Below, piece by piece: positions 25,350 to 34,813 of a stretch of 45,459 bases of DNA. Source of the DNA: Bacillota bacterium (GTDB taxonomy: Bacteria > Bacillota > Sulfobacillia > RBS10-35 > JAJYVM01). Numbering within the stretch: position 1 is the first letter of the stretch; the number at the start of each line of letters is the position of its first letter. Position numbers and translations under genes: made by a program. The notes beneath the pieces are model-generated. The model was not told the origin of the DNA. It made no database searches and saw only the letters and a program-made list of their open reading frames with translations. The stretch lies in assembly GCA_035533535.1 (NCBI GenBank), contig DATLTP010000107.1, forward strand, positions 1 through 45,459, in the 5' to 3' direction.

Positions 25350-25447
25350 GCTACCCGCTACCCGCTACCCGCTACCCGCTACCCGCTACCCGCTACCCGC
25401 TACCCGCTACCCGCTACCTGCTACCTGCTACCCGCTACCTGCTTGCC
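25350..25447. repeat. heptanucleotide tandem repeat, (GCTACCC)n on the plus strand = (GGGTAGC)n on the minus strand, about 14 copies
   Basis: Nine perfect GCTACCC units, then four GCTACC(C/T) units (three GCTACCT, one GCTACCC), then a degenerate GCTTGCC unit. The distal end overlaps the last codons and the TAG stop of the GntR gene (25435-25437). Confidence 0.95.
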
Positions 25448-26148
25448 TGCTCGGCCAGGTAGCCCTCGACCTCGTGCCAGGCGCGGCGGATGTGGCGGTC
25501 CATCAGTTCGGCCGCTGCCTCGGCGTCGCGACGGACCAGGGCCTCGTAGATAGCCTGGTGCTCGGGCACAGCCTCGACGGCCCGCCAGGCATTGTGATAC
25601 CAGCCGCACGAGCGCAGCAGGACCACGGCGGCCCAGACGCGGCGCCACTCCTCCAGGAGCAGGTCGTGCCGCGCCAGCCGGATCAGAGTCGAATGGAAGG
25701 CGTCGTTGCTGGTCATGGCCTCGCCGAGATGGCGGTTGTCCATGGCGGCGCGCCCGCCCTCGACAGCGGCCTGCAGGCACGCCAGGTCAGGCGCGTCGGC
25801 TGCCTCCGCCACCCGGCGCACGGCGTAGCACTCCAAGAGGGCCCGCAGGTCGTAGACCTCGGAGGCCTCGCGCTCGGTGAAGGTGCGCACGAACGTGCCC
25901 CGCTGCGGCTCGTTGATGACGAGGCCGTCGCGCTCCAGCTGGCGCAGGGCCTCGCGCACGGGCGTTCGGGAGACGCGCAGGGACTCCGCGATCTCCCGTT
26001 CGGAGAGGCGGCCGCCCAGCGCGAGGCTGCCCTTGAGCAGGGCCTGGCGGATGGTCTGGTAGACCTGGCCCGCAAGCGTCCGCTCCAGGTGGGCGTTGAC
26101 CTCCGGAAAGGCTACGGCCGCGTGCCTCCTCCCCAAGCATCCTGTCAA
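25435..26148 (-). CDS. GntR-family transcriptional regulator (FadR/FCD subfamily)
   Basis: The winged-HTH reads L.E.EIAESLRVSRTPVREALRQLERDGLV. The C-terminal helical FCD-like domain contains H residues. The start may be an internal GTG. Confidence 0.85.
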   Translation of the reverse strand: MTGCLGRRHAAVAFPEVNAHLERTLAGQVYQTIRQALLKGSLALGGRLSEREIAESLRVSRTPVREALRQLERDGLVINEPQRGTFVRTFTEREASEVYDLRALLECYAVRRVAEAADAPDLACLQAAVEGGRAAMDNRHLGEAMTSNDAFHSTLIRLARHDLLLEEWRRVWAAVVLLRSCGWYHNAWRAVEAVPEHQAIYEALVRRDAEAAAELMDRHIRRAWHEVEGYLAEQASR

Positions 26149-26169
26149 ATCGGGTCGGATGGTGCAACG

Positions 26170-27129
26170 TCAGCCGATGGCCAGCCGACCGTCGGTCAGG
26201 ACCGGCCGCCCGTCGAAGGTGACGCTCGCATGGTCGAAGATCATGTCCATGTGGATGGGGCTGTACACATCCCCGCCGATCGAGCGGCTGTCGCCGATGG
26301 CCACATGGGCCGTGCCGAGGGCCTTCTTGGCCTCGCGCAGGGTCTCGTAGGGGCGGCACCAGCCATTGGTGCCGAGGGCGAACTCCGCGATGTTGGCGGC
26401 GGACTCGCCGTTTTCCTCAATCATGCGCATGACGGCCTGGGCCTCGCGTCCTCCGTGCGCGGCCGCGACGCGGCCGCCCCGAACCTCCAGCCGGAAACTC
26501 TCGCGGCGGTAGCCGAGGTCGTGGCGCTCCAGGAGGAAGGGGTCGACGAGCAGGCCCTCGGCCGTGCCCTCGACGGGCGCGAAGGCCAGCTCGCCGCCGG
26601 GCAGGGAGGCGAAGCTGCCGGCGTAAAGGGCCTCGCCGATCAGCGGGACGGCTGGCCGGCCGGCCACGCTCACCGTCAGGTCGGTCCCCCCGGCCGTGGT
26701 CATGCGCGCCTGCTTCACCCCCTTGGCCAGATCGACCAAAGCGTTGGTGACGCGGGCGACCTCGGCGTAGTCGGCCAGCAGCCCGCCCCGGGTCATCATC
26801 TCCTCCGTCACCCCCCACATCTCCACCAGCCGCACGCCCTTGGCGGCGGCGGCCCGGAACGCGTCGGTGTGGACGAGGGCGTAGGTGTCCTGCAGGATCA
26901 CGGCCTCGGCGGCCTGCATGGCGGCGGCCACCGGCGGGGCGGGCTCCTGCCCGCCGACCGTATGGGGGAGCATGCGGATGACCATCGGCAGGCCGCCGGC
27001 CGCGCCCACCACGGTTGCGAGGACGTCGGTGATGGCGGAGGACCGGTCCGTGTCGGTCACGATGCAGACCCGCTCGCCCGGCTTGACGCCGAGCACGGTC
27101 TCCACGATGCGGCGGGCCGTGAGCGCCAT
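26170..27129 (-). CDS. M29-family aminopeptidase-like protein (AmpS/PepS/NicX-like)
   Basis: MALTARRIVETVLGVKPGERVCIVTD... and ...EFALGTN......LEAKKALGTAHVAIGD......SPIHMD resemble thermophilic aminopeptidase T-like proteins. ATG 27129 follows GGGAGGT. Confidence 0.6.
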   Translation of the reverse strand: MALTARRIVETVLGVKPGERVCIVTDTDRSSAITDVLATVVGAAGGLPMVIRMLPHTVGGQEPAPPVAAAMQAAEAVILQDTYALVHTDAFRAAAAKGVRLVEMWGVTEEMMTRGGLLADYAEVARVTNALVDLAKGVKQARMTTAGGTDLTVSVAGRPAVPLIGEALYAGSFASLPGGELAFAPVEGTAEGLLVDPFLLERHDLGYRRESFRLEVRGGRVAAAHGGREAQAVMRMIEENGESAANIAEFALGTNGWCRPYETLREAKKALGTAHVAIGDSRSIGGDVYSPIHMDMIFDHASVTFDGRPVLTDGRLAIG

Positions 27130-27152
27130 CTGAAACACGGGGGGACCTCCCT

Positions 27153-28520
27153 TCAGGCTTGCAGCGCTGCCAGGACCTCTCCCGCGGCGGCGGCTGCCGG
27201 CAGGCCACGGATCGCCTGCAGGGCCCTCCTTGCCCGCGGGCTCGTGAGCGCGCACTCCGCGCACTCGGTGAACTTGGCGTCCAGGTCCGCCGGGCGCAGG
27301 TCATTCCCCGGGTAGCCGCGGGCCCACTCCGCCTCGCCGTCGATCACCCGGCCGCCAGTCGTGGTCACGTGGACCCGCGAGCGCACGTGCTGATAGCCCA
27401 TGGCCTCCAGCTCCGGGTCGACCACGACCTGCACCCGGGGCAGAAACGCCTGGATGGCGGGGTCGTTGACCGCCGCGTCGGTGAACTCGCTCAGCCCGGC
27501 CCGGCGGCGCAGGACTCCAGTGGCCATGCAGTACTCCAGGCTGAACTTGGCCTCCAGCTCCGTGCGCGGCCGGCTGTAGATCAGGGCGTTCGGCACGTTG
27601 GAGTTGGTGCCCACGATCACCGAGGCCACGTCCGCCGGCTTCAGGTCGTGCTGGCGCACGATGTCGATGATCAGGTCCTGGGCGGGATGGGAGAGCGACC
27701 CTGAGGGGTAGGGCTTGATGGAGACGCCGGGGCTCAGGAGAAAGAACGGCCGGCCCAGGCGGCCGCTGATCTTGTCCGCGTCGAAGCCGCCGGCCGCCGC
27801 CCGGTAAAAGCCCCGCTTGGCCTCCAGGATCGTGGGGCTGGCCGTGAAGCCCGAGGCCGCCAGCCTGGCCGCCAGCAGGCCGTTGTGGCCGGCCCGGCCA
27901 GAGTGCAGGGGCTTCGTCATGGTGCCGAAGTTCTCGCGCAGGCCGGAGGCCATGCTGGCCGCGATGCCCAGGGCCGTCGCCATCGTTTTCGGGTCAAACC
28001 CCAGCAGGCGCCCGACCCCGGCCGCGGCCCCGATGGTGCCGATGGTCCCCGTGGAGTGAAACCCCTCCTGGTAGTGGCGTGGGTTGGCGGCATCCGCCAC
28101 CCGGCAGGCCACCTCCACGCCGGCCACGTAGGCCGTGACCAGCTCGCGGCCACTGCTGCCGCCGGCCAGGGCGGCCACCGCCGAGAGCACCGGCACGGAC
28201 GGGTGGGTGAGCAGGCCGTACACCGCCTCGGGCGATGTGGAGAGCTGCGTGTCGTCATAGTCCAGGGCGTGGCCCGCCACGCCGTTGTAGAGGGCGGCAA
28301 GTGCCGGGGTGCGGCGCTCTTGCGTGCCGAAGACGGGGGAGGGGCCCCCCTCCGCGCCGTAGACCTGGCGCACGATGGTGGCGGCCGGCTGGGTGCTGCC
28401 GGCCAGCATGACGCCGAAGGTGTCCAGGATGTGCTCCATGGCCACGGCCACGACCTCGGCCGGGATGTCCTCCCAGCGGATGCGGCAGGCGAACTCGGCA
28501 ATTTCAGCGGTGACGCCCAA
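27153..28520 (-). CDS. MmgE/PrpD family protein (2-methylcitrate-dehydratase-like)
   Basis: N-terminus ...AEFACRIRWEDIPAEVVAVAMEHILDTFGVMLAGS, ...ALDYDDT, ...HPS. 455 aa. TTG start 7 nt after AGGAGGT. Confidence 0.85.
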   Translation of the reverse strand: MGVTAEIAEFACRIRWEDIPAEVVAVAMEHILDTFGVMLAGSTQPAATIVRQVYGAEGGPSPVFGTQERRTPALAALYNGVAGHALDYDDTQLSTSPEAVYGLLTHPSVPVLSAVAALAGGSSGRELVTAYVAGVEVACRVADAANPRHYQEGFHSTGTIGTIGAAAGVGRLLGFDPKTMATALGIAASMASGLRENFGTMTKPLHSGRAGHNGLLAARLAASGFTASPTILEAKRGFYRAAAGGFDADKISGRLGRPFFLLSPGVSIKPYPSGSLSHPAQDLIIDIVRQHDLKPADVASVIVGTNSNVPNALIYSRPRTELEAKFSLEYCMATGVLRRRAGLSEFTDAAVNDPAIQAFLPRVQVVVDPELEAMGYQHVRSRVHVTTTGGRVIDGEAEWARGYPGNDLRPADLDAKFTECAECALTSPRARRALQAIRGLPAAAAAGEVLAALQA

Positions 28521-28532
28521 CGGCTTGACCTC

Positions 28533-29864
28533 CTATGCGCGGGTCAGCGTGATGAGGGCCGATAGGTCGCCCTCCTCCTCCAGCCGCCAGAGCCGGCGCA
28601 GCAGGTCTTTGCCGCGCGGCACCAGGCCCAGGAATTTGGCTTCGAGCTCCTGGTCGGTTAGGGGGTTTTTGGCATGGCCGCGGTGGTGGCGGACCTCGAC
28701 CGTGCGCTCGCCGCCGTCCGCCAGGAGCGCCGTCAGCCGCGTCATGGCGGCCTGCGGCCAGGCCGCGGCACAGGCGGGGTCGACCTCGACCTTCAGCCGG
28801 TCGGCAATGGCCCGCAGCCGGGGATCGTGGAGGTGCCCCTCGATCCCGGCCGCCGTCACGTCCCCCTCGAGAAGGGCCAGGGCCACCACGTACGGCAGGC
28901 TGTGGTCGGCGGTCTCGCGGGTGGTGGGCCGCCACTTCTCGGGGTCGCCCGCCATCACGTGCTCGCCGTAGGGGAAGGTGCCCAGCCGCCACGACGTGGC
29001 TTCGGGCGCCTCGCTGCGAAGCTGCACGGCCGCCTCGATGGCTGTCTGAGAGAAGAACCCGGCCGGGTACCGCTTCAGGTTGGCGTGGAGGATGGCGAAG
29101 TCGCCGCCAGGGCCCAGGTCTGGGGGCGCGAGGCGGCAGCCGAGCGCTGCGCAAAACCCGCCGCGTCCCTCGAACACCTCACCTGGCCCCGTCATGCCCG
29201 CCGCCGCCAGCCGCGCCGCAAACACGCCGTTCCGGCTGGCGTTCGCCGCCGCGCAGCCCTTCCACAGCGAGACCGTGCCCAGCCGCGTCTCCTCCAGCGC
29301 CACGTTGGCGACGGTCGCCAGGCTGATCGCGTTCGCCGTCTGCTCCAGCGTCAGGCCCATCACGCGGGCCGTGGCCGCCGCGCTGGCCATGACCCCGAAC
29401 ACCGGCTGGTCCCACAGGTGGTGGCCGAGGCCGGCGGCGTCCGTCATGCGGGCGTACACCTCATAGGCCAGGACCAGGCCGAGGATGACCTCGCGGCCGC
29501 CCGCGCCCACGCTCTCGGCCGCGGCCAGGGCCGCCGCCAGGTAGTCGCTGGGGTGGCCGACGCCGCCCGGGCCCGTGAACGTGTCGTTCAGGTCGAGGTA
29601 GCGGATCATGCAGCCGTTGGCGAACGCGGCCAGCTCCGGCGTGGTGCCGTGCAGGCGGGCGAAGGTGGTGGCCCCGCCCTGGCTCTGGCCGGCCGCGGCC
29701 GCCAAACGTTGGGCGATGGCCGCGGGCGGGGACTCCGCCGCCGCCAGGGCGCAGCCGAAGGTGTCGATCGCGAGCCGCTTCGCGGCCCGCACAACCTCGT
29801 CCGGGAGGTCCTCATAGCGGAGATTGGAGCTCCATCCCGCGAGACGGTGAAGGATCCGGTCCAC
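28533..29864 (-). CDS. MmgE/PrpD family protein (second paralogue)
   Basis: ...LRYEDLPDEVVRAAKRLAIDTFGCALAA..., ...LDLNDT..., ...HPSD... GTG start 6 nt after AGGAGGG. Confidence 0.85.
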   Translation of the reverse strand: MDRILHRLAGWSSNLRYEDLPDEVVRAAKRLAIDTFGCALAAAESPPAAIAQRLAAAAGQSQGGATTFARLHGTTPELAAFANGCMIRYLDLNDTFTGPGGVGHPSDYLAAALAAAESVGAGGREVILGLVLAYEVYARMTDAAGLGHHLWDQPVFGVMASAAATARVMGLTLEQTANAISLATVANVALEETRLGTVSLWKGCAAANASRNGVFAARLAAAGMTGPGEVFEGRGGFCAALGCRLAPPDLGPGGDFAILHANLKRYPAGFFSQTAIEAAVQLRSEAPEATSWRLGTFPYGEHVMAGDPEKWRPTTRETADHSLPYVVALALLEGDVTAAGIEGHLHDPRLRAIADRLKVEVDPACAAAWPQAAMTRLTALLADGGERTVEVRHHRGHAKNPLTDQELEAKFLGLVPRGKDLLRRLWRLEEEGDLSALITLTRA

Positions 29865-29875
29865 GGAGAGCCCTC

Positions 29876-30577
29876 CTAACCGACGAGAAGCGCGGCGACC
29901 TCATCTTTGCCGATCAGCTCGGCGGCCGGGCCGGACAGGGCGTTTCTCCCGTTGGCCATCACGAAGACGTGGTCTGCGTGCTCCATTGCCATGCGGGCGT
30001 TCTGCTCGACGACCAGCAGGCCGACGCCGGTTTCCCGCACGCGGACGATGTGCTCCCACACCCGCTCGGCGTAAATGGGCGAAAGGCCGGCCGTCGGCTC
30101 ATCGAGGATGATGACCTTGGGGTCGACCATCAGGGCGCGGGCCAGGGCCACCATGCGCTGCTGGCCGCCCGAGAGCTGGCTGGCCTTCTTCTTGAGGACA
30201 CCGCCGAGGTCGGGGAACAGGGCGGTGACGTCGTCCAAGCGCTTCTTGATGTCGCCGCGGTAGGTGAAGGCGCCCATCTCCAGGTTCTCCAGCACCGTCA
30301 TCTCCGAGAAGACATTCGCGAGCTGGGGCAGGTAGCCGATGCCCAGCCGCACGAGGCGGTAGGGGGGCTGGCCGGTGACCTCCTGGTCGTTCAGGCGCAC
30401 GTGACCCGCCGCGATCCGCAGCAGGCCGACGATGGCCTTGGCCAGGGTCGACTTGCCGGCGCCATTGGGTCCCAGGATCACGGCAATGCGCCCAGCGTCC
30501 ACGAAGACACTGGCCTCCTGCACAATCGGCGGACCGCCGTAGCCGACCACAATGCCTTCGGCACGGAGCCTACCCAC
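29876..30577 (-). CDS. livF: branched-chain amino acid ABC transporter ATP-binding protein (LivF-like)
   Basis: Walker A GPNGAGKST, signature LSGGQQ, Walker B IILDEP. 233 aa, typical LivF size. Confidence 0.85.
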   Translation of the reverse strand: MGRLRAEGIVVGYGGPPIVQEASVFVDAGRIAVILGPNGAGKSTLAKAIVGLLRIAAGHVRLNDQEVTGQPPYRLVRLGIGYLPQLANVFSEMTVLENLEMGAFTYRGDIKKRLDDVTALFPDLGGVLKKKASQLSGGQQRMVALARALMVDPKVIILDEPTAGLSPIYAERVWEHIVRVRETGVGLLVVEQNARMAMEHADHVFVMANGRNALSGPAAELIGKDEVAALLVG

Positions 30578-30583
30578 CGGATT

Positions 30584-31348
30584 TCACCCCCCGAGATAGG
30601 CCTGGACGACTTCGCGGTTGCCCCGCACCTCGTCCAGCGACCCGCGGGTCAGCATCCGGCCCTGGGCCATGACCACCACGTCGTCGCAAACGCTGGCCAC
30701 AAAACCCATATTGTGGGCCACCATCAGGAGGGTCACTCCCATCGCCGGCAGCTCCTTCAGCCGCTCGGCGATCATCTGCACGAGGGCGGGATAGACGCCG
30801 GCCGTCGGCTCGTCAAGGAGGAGCAGCTTCGGCCGGGCCATCAGGGCGCGGGCGATGTCCAGCAGGCGCCGCTGGCCGCCGGAGAGCGACCCGGCTGGCG
30901 CATAGCGGAGGCGCTCCAGTCCCACCCATGCCAGCAACTCGTCAGCGCGCTGGAGCAGGTCGGTCTCCTGCGGCCGCCAGCGGGGTGCGGCGAACAGCGC
31001 CGTCATCGGATTCTCGCCGACCTGGTCCTGGGCCGCGATCATGACGTTCTCGATCACGGGCAGGTGCAGCAGCTCCCGCGAGAGCTGGAAGGTGCGGACG
31101 ATGCCGCGGCGGGCGATGCCCATGCGGCCCATGCCCGCGATGTCCTCGCCCTCGAAGAGGACCTGGCCGGACTGCGGGCGCAGGCCCCCGGCCACGACCT
31201 CGATCAGGGTGGACTTGCCCGCCCCGTTGGGGCCGATGAGGCCAGTCGACGCCTGCCGCCCGACGGTGAAGGAGCAGCCGTCGACGGCGCGGACGCCGCC
31301 GTAGGCGAAGTGCACGTCGCGGATCTCCAGGATGGACTCCGTGGTCAT
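30584..31348 (-). CDS. livG: branched-chain amino acid ABC transporter ATP-binding protein (LivG-like)
   Basis: Walker A GPNGAGKST, RTFQ motif, signature LSGGQRR, Walker B LLLDEP. Confidence 0.85.
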   Translation of the reverse strand: MTTESILEIRDVHFAYGGVRAVDGCSFTVGRQASTGLIGPNGAGKSTLIEVVAGGLRPQSGQVLFEGEDIAGMGRMGIARRGIVRTFQLSRELLHLPVIENVMIAAQDQVGENPMTALFAAPRWRPQETDLLQRADELLAWVGLERLRYAPAGSLSGGQRRLLDIARALMARPKLLLLDEPTAGVYPALVQMIAERLKELPAMGVTLLMVAHNMGFVASVCDDVVVMAQGRMLTRGSLDEVRGNREVVQAYLGG

Positions 31349-32301
31349 CGCGCCTCCCCCCGGCCATAAAGGCGCACCCGCGACTCGGCCAGCAGGCCAC
31401 CTGGCTTGAAGCGGAGCACCAGGATCAGGGCGACGCCGATGACGATGGCGCGCACGGCGCCGACCAAGTCGGGCCGGCCGAAGGTGGGCAGAAACCGCGA
31501 CGCCTCGTCGACGACCTCAATGATCAGGAAGGCGCCGAGAATGGAGCCGTTGTAGTTGGCGGTGCCGCCGATGACCAGGGCGGCCAGGAGCACGAAGGTC
31601 TCCAGCGGAAGGAAGGCGTTGGGGTTCCAGGCCCCGATGTACTGGATCAGCAGGCCGCCGGCGACGCCGGCCATGAAGCTGCCGATGACGAAGACCCAGA
31701 CCTGCGCTTGGAAGACGTTCTTGCCAAAGGAGGCCGCCACGACCTCGTCCTCGCGTACGGCGCGCAGGACGCGGCCGAAGGGGGAGTGATAGATGCGGCG
31801 TGCCACCAGGTAAAAGACGCCCAGGCACAGGGCGCTCACGATCAGCATCACCACGGCGTAGCCGAGGCTCGAGAGCCGCATGCTGCCCGTGATGTGGGGC
31901 ACGGCGAACAGGCCGTTGTCGCCGTTGAACAGGGGGATGTAGTTGTCGATGACGTCCCAGATGATGTAGCCGACGGAGACGGTCACGATGGCCAGGTAGT
32001 CGCTGCGCAGCCGCCTGACCGCGATCAGCACGACCAGCAGTCCAGCCGCGGCCGCCACGAGGCCGCCCAGCAGCAGGCCGACCGGCCACGGCAGCGACCA
32101 CTGCAGGATGTAGACCTGGATGCCCACCCCTTGGGGCGGCGGCCCCATGGTCGTGACGGCGGCGATGTACGCGCCGATCGCGGCGAAGGTGTAGTAGGTG
32201 AAGTTGAGGATGCCCGTAAAGCCGTACTGGATGTTGAAACCCAGCACCATGATGGCGTTGATGCATCCCAGGGCCAGCGCGGCGACGAGGAAGTACATCA
32301 T
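31345..32301 (-). CDS. livM: branched-chain amino acid ABC transporter permease (LivM-like)
   Basis: Hydrophobic 318-aa protein: MMYFLVAALALGCINAIMVLGFNIQYGFTG... ATG 32301 lies immediately after the livH stop. The stop overlaps the livG start (ATGA). Confidence 0.8.
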   Translation of the reverse strand: MMYFLVAALALGCINAIMVLGFNIQYGFTGILNFTYYTFAAIGAYIAAVTTMGPPPQGVGIQVYILQWSLPWPVGLLLGGLVAAAAGLLVVLIAVRRLRSDYLAIVTVSVGYIIWDVIDNYIPLFNGDNGLFAVPHITGSMRLSSLGYAVVMLIVSALCLGVFYLVARRIYHSPFGRVLRAVREDEVVAASFGKNVFQAQVWVFVIGSFMAGVAGGLLIQYIGAWNPNAFLPLETFVLLAALVIGGTANYNGSILGAFLIIEVVDEASRFLPTFGRPDLVGAVRAIVIGVALILVLRFKPGGLLAESRVRLYGRGEAR

Positions 32302-32302
32302 G

Positions 32303-33157
32303 TCAGTCCGTCTTCCCCCTCGTGGCGAAGATGCCCTCGGGCCGGAAGAGCAGCACCAGCACGAGGATGGCGAAGGCGATGGCGGACTTGTAGGCCGCAT
32401 CCACGTACATCCCGGCGATCTCCGTGGCGAGGCCGATGATCAGCGCCCCCAGCATGGCACCGTAGGGACGGCCCAGCCCGCCCAGGATCACGGCCGCGAA
32501 GAAGAGGAAAAGCTCGTTGAAGCCCACGGTGGGCCGCAGCGTGTTGGTCTCGAGTACGAGCGCGACCCCGGCGACGGCGGCGAAGAACCCGGAGATCACC
32601 CACGTCCAGTTGACCAGGCGGCCGGTGTCGATGCCGCAGGCCAGGGCCAGGTCGGCATTATCCGAAGTCGCCCGCAGCGATTTGCCGAAGCGCGTGTACT
32701 GCAGGAGCGCGTGCAGCCCCAGGAGCAGCACGACGCTGGCGCCGATGATGGCGAGGTCGCCGGGGGTCAGGATCAGGGGGCCCAGGTGCAGCGCGTTGCC
32801 GATTGTGACGTTATAGGTGTACGCGCCCGTGCCCCAGATCACAATCACGGCGTTCTGGACGATGAACGACAGGCCCACCGTGACGATGACGAGGGTGATG
32901 ACACGCGCCTTTTGCGCCACGAAGGTGCGGAAGAGGACCAGGTTACAGAGCAGGGCCAGCAGGCCGGTGGCGAGGCCGCCACAGATCACGCCCGTGGCGA
33001 AGCTCCCGCTGGCGTTGTCCACGGCGTAGGTGACGTAGGCGCCAAACGTCACAAAGTCGCCGTACGCGAAGTTGACGAAGTTGGTGACCCCGACCTGCAG
33101 GGTGAGGCCCACGGCGCCCATGGCGATCACGGCCGCGGTCACGAGCCCGAACCCCAC
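32303..33157 (-). CDS. livH: branched-chain amino acid ABC transporter permease (LivH-like)
   Basis: 284-aa polytopic protein with ...NFAYGDF...GA..., the typical LivH pattern. Confidence 0.8.
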   Translation of the reverse strand: MGFGLVTAAVIAMGAVGLTLQVGVTNFVNFAYGDFVTFGAYVTYAVDNASGSFATGVICGGLATGLLALLCNLVLFRTFVAQKARVITLVIVTVGLSFIVQNAVIVIWGTGAYTYNVTIGNALHLGPLILTPGDLAIIGASVVLLLGLHALLQYTRFGKSLRATSDNADLALACGIDTGRLVNWTWVISGFFAAVAGVALVLETNTLRPTVGFNELFLFFAAVILGGLGRPYGAMLGALIIGLATEIAGMYVDAAYKSAIAFAILVLVLLFRPEGIFATRGKTD

Positions 33158-33244
33158 CGACTCCAGAAACAGGTTGATACCGCTTCCCTCCCCGGTGGCG
33201 GGTGTGGGTACGGGAGGCGGGGGTGGCCCGCCTCCCTGTGCCGT

Positions 33245-34597
33245 TTACGAGCCTGACAGGGCCGACTGGATCTGCTGGGGAGTGAGGTTCGCGAGCTGGT
33301 CGACGCTGCCGTCCGTCTTGTAGTGGAAGATGGCGAACGGCCCGTAGACGTTGTCGTACTGGTCGAACTGGTCGGTGCTGGCCACGCCCTCCCATTGGAT
33401 GGCCTTGCCCTGCTTGATCAGGCCGTAGCAGGTGGCGTAGTCGCCACAAACGGTTCCGCCCGTCTGGGCGTCGGGGAGGATGCCCTTGGTCCGCAGGTCC
33501 GTCATCTGCAAGGTGCCGGCCCGATCGGCGCCCAGCGCCCAGACCATGACCGCGTCGTACATGAACTCCGCGCCGTTCGGGGGCGTGTCAAGGCTCAGCT
33601 TGCTCTTGAGCATGTCGAGAAAGTGGGGGGCCGCCGTCATGCCGGTCGAGCTGGAGTTCACGATATAGATCTGCCCGGTGGCGACCTGCGCGCCTACGGA
33701 TTTGAAGAACGTGTTCGTGTACCAGAGGTTGCTGCCGATCCAGGGCGTGGACAGCAGCCCCATCTGGCCAAGCTCGCCGAAGACCACGCCAGCGGTCTGC
33801 TCGTTGAACTGCGAGATGATCGCCTGCGGGTGGCCCGCGAAGAGCTTGGTGATCTCGCTGCGGTAGGAGCTCTGGTTGGCGGTGAACGTCACGTTGGCCG
33901 TGACCTGCATGCCCATGGCCTTGGCCCCGTCCAGCAGAGGAGGCACCAGGGGCTGCGAGCCGCTGCTGGCGCCGAACGCCAGGGCGATCTTATTCCAGCC
34001 CTTACTGTGGGCATACACCGCCATGGCGTCGCTCTGCTCCGAGTCCGACGGCGACATGCGGAAGAAGTATGGGTTGGTGTTCTTATCAAAGACGGAGCCG
34101 CCGCCGAACATCAGATCCGGGATGTTGGCCTGCTGGGCCAGCGGCAGGACCACGCCGGCCGTGATCGACGTCGGCCCGACGATGGCGGCCACATGGTCAA
34201 CCGAGATCTCCTGCTGCGCTGCGGGCACCGCGTCCGCCGGGTCGGCGGCCGTATCCTGGCTCACCAGCTTCACCTGCCGGCCGAGAACGCCCCCGTTGGC
34301 GTTGATGTCGTCGATGGCCAGCTGGGCGCCCTCCTGCATGCCCTTGCCGAGGTCGGCCCGGGTGCCCGTGAGCGGCGCCAGCAGGCCGATGGTCACGGAG
34401 CCGGAGGAGCCGGCGCTGCTGGCGGAGGTGGTGGCGGCCGCGCTGGTGCTCGACCCGCTGCTGCTGCTTGCGCTGCCGCTGCTGTTGGCGGCGGCCGCGG
34501 TGCTCGACGGGGCCGCCGCCTGGCCGCATGCGGTCAGGAGGACCATTCCCCCGGTGAGGGCCGTAACCCCCAACCGCCTGGCCCACCCTGGAGCCAT
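33245..34597 (-). CDS. ABC transporter substrate-binding lipoprotein (LivJ/K-like, type I periplasmic binding fold)
   Basis: Lipobox LLTAC-G, Ser/Ala-rich linker, then ...VTIGLLAPLTG.....G.....GAQLAIDDINA.GGVLGRQVKLV..D. ATG 34597 follows GAGGAAGG. The rest of ORF 33245..35827 is an antisense shadow. Confidence 0.8.
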   Translation of the reverse strand: MAPGWARRLGVTALTGGMVLLTACGQAAAPSSTAAAANSSGSASSSSGSSTSAAATTSASSAGSSGSVTIGLLAPLTGTRADLGKGMQEGAQLAIDDINANGGVLGRQVKLVSQDTAADPADAVPAAQQEISVDHVAAIVGPTSITAGVVLPLAQQANIPDLMFGGGSVFDKNTNPYFFRMSPSDSEQSDAMAVYAHSKGWNKIALAFGASSGSQPLVPPLLDGAKAMGMQVTANVTFTANQSSYRSEITKLFAGHPQAIISQFNEQTAGVVFGELGQMGLLSTPWIGSNLWYTNTFFKSVGAQVATGQIYIVNSSSTGMTAAPHFLDMLKSKLSLDTPPNGAEFMYDAVMVWALGADRAGTLQMTDLRTKGILPDAQTGGTVCGDYATCYGLIKQGKAIQWEGVASTDQFDQYDNVYGPFAIFHYKTDGSVDQLANLTPQQIQSALSGS

Positions 34598-34733
34598 CGC
34601 CTTCCTCGCCTGAGCGCCCCATCTGGATGCCATGCGTGCGGGCCCTGCGGCGGCGGGCAATCGCATCACCCTCCTGACCCTTCCTGATCTTGGGTGGTAT
34701 ACATTGGACAACATGCCGGGCGAGTCCTTCTTT

Positions 34734-34759
34734 CGGAACGTGAATCCGCTCACATTCCG
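34734..34759. promoter_or_regulatory. 10-bp inverted repeat in the divergent intergenic region (candidate operator or 5'-UTR hairpin)
   Basis: CGGAACGTGA-atccgc-TCACATTCCG, one mismatch. A GTATAC palindrome also lies at 34697-34702. Confidence 0.25.
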
Positions 34760-34813
34760 GAAGGAGACGGAGACCGCAGCCGACAACTCCGGACCCGACG
34801 AGGGGGAGTGAAC

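Noticed and set aside
23169-25447. Possible CRISPR arrays at the 40-bp (23169-23289) and 7-bp (25350-25447) repeat tracts, and also at 41871-42215
   Set aside because: The repeat units abut each other with no unique spacers, the unit sizes and periods are wrong for CRISPR, and there are no cas genes in the window.
25338-25553. ORF encoding an ATRYPLP-repeat protein
   Set aside because: It is simply the plus-strand translation of the heptanucleotide tract, antisense to the end of the GntR gene, with no RBS.
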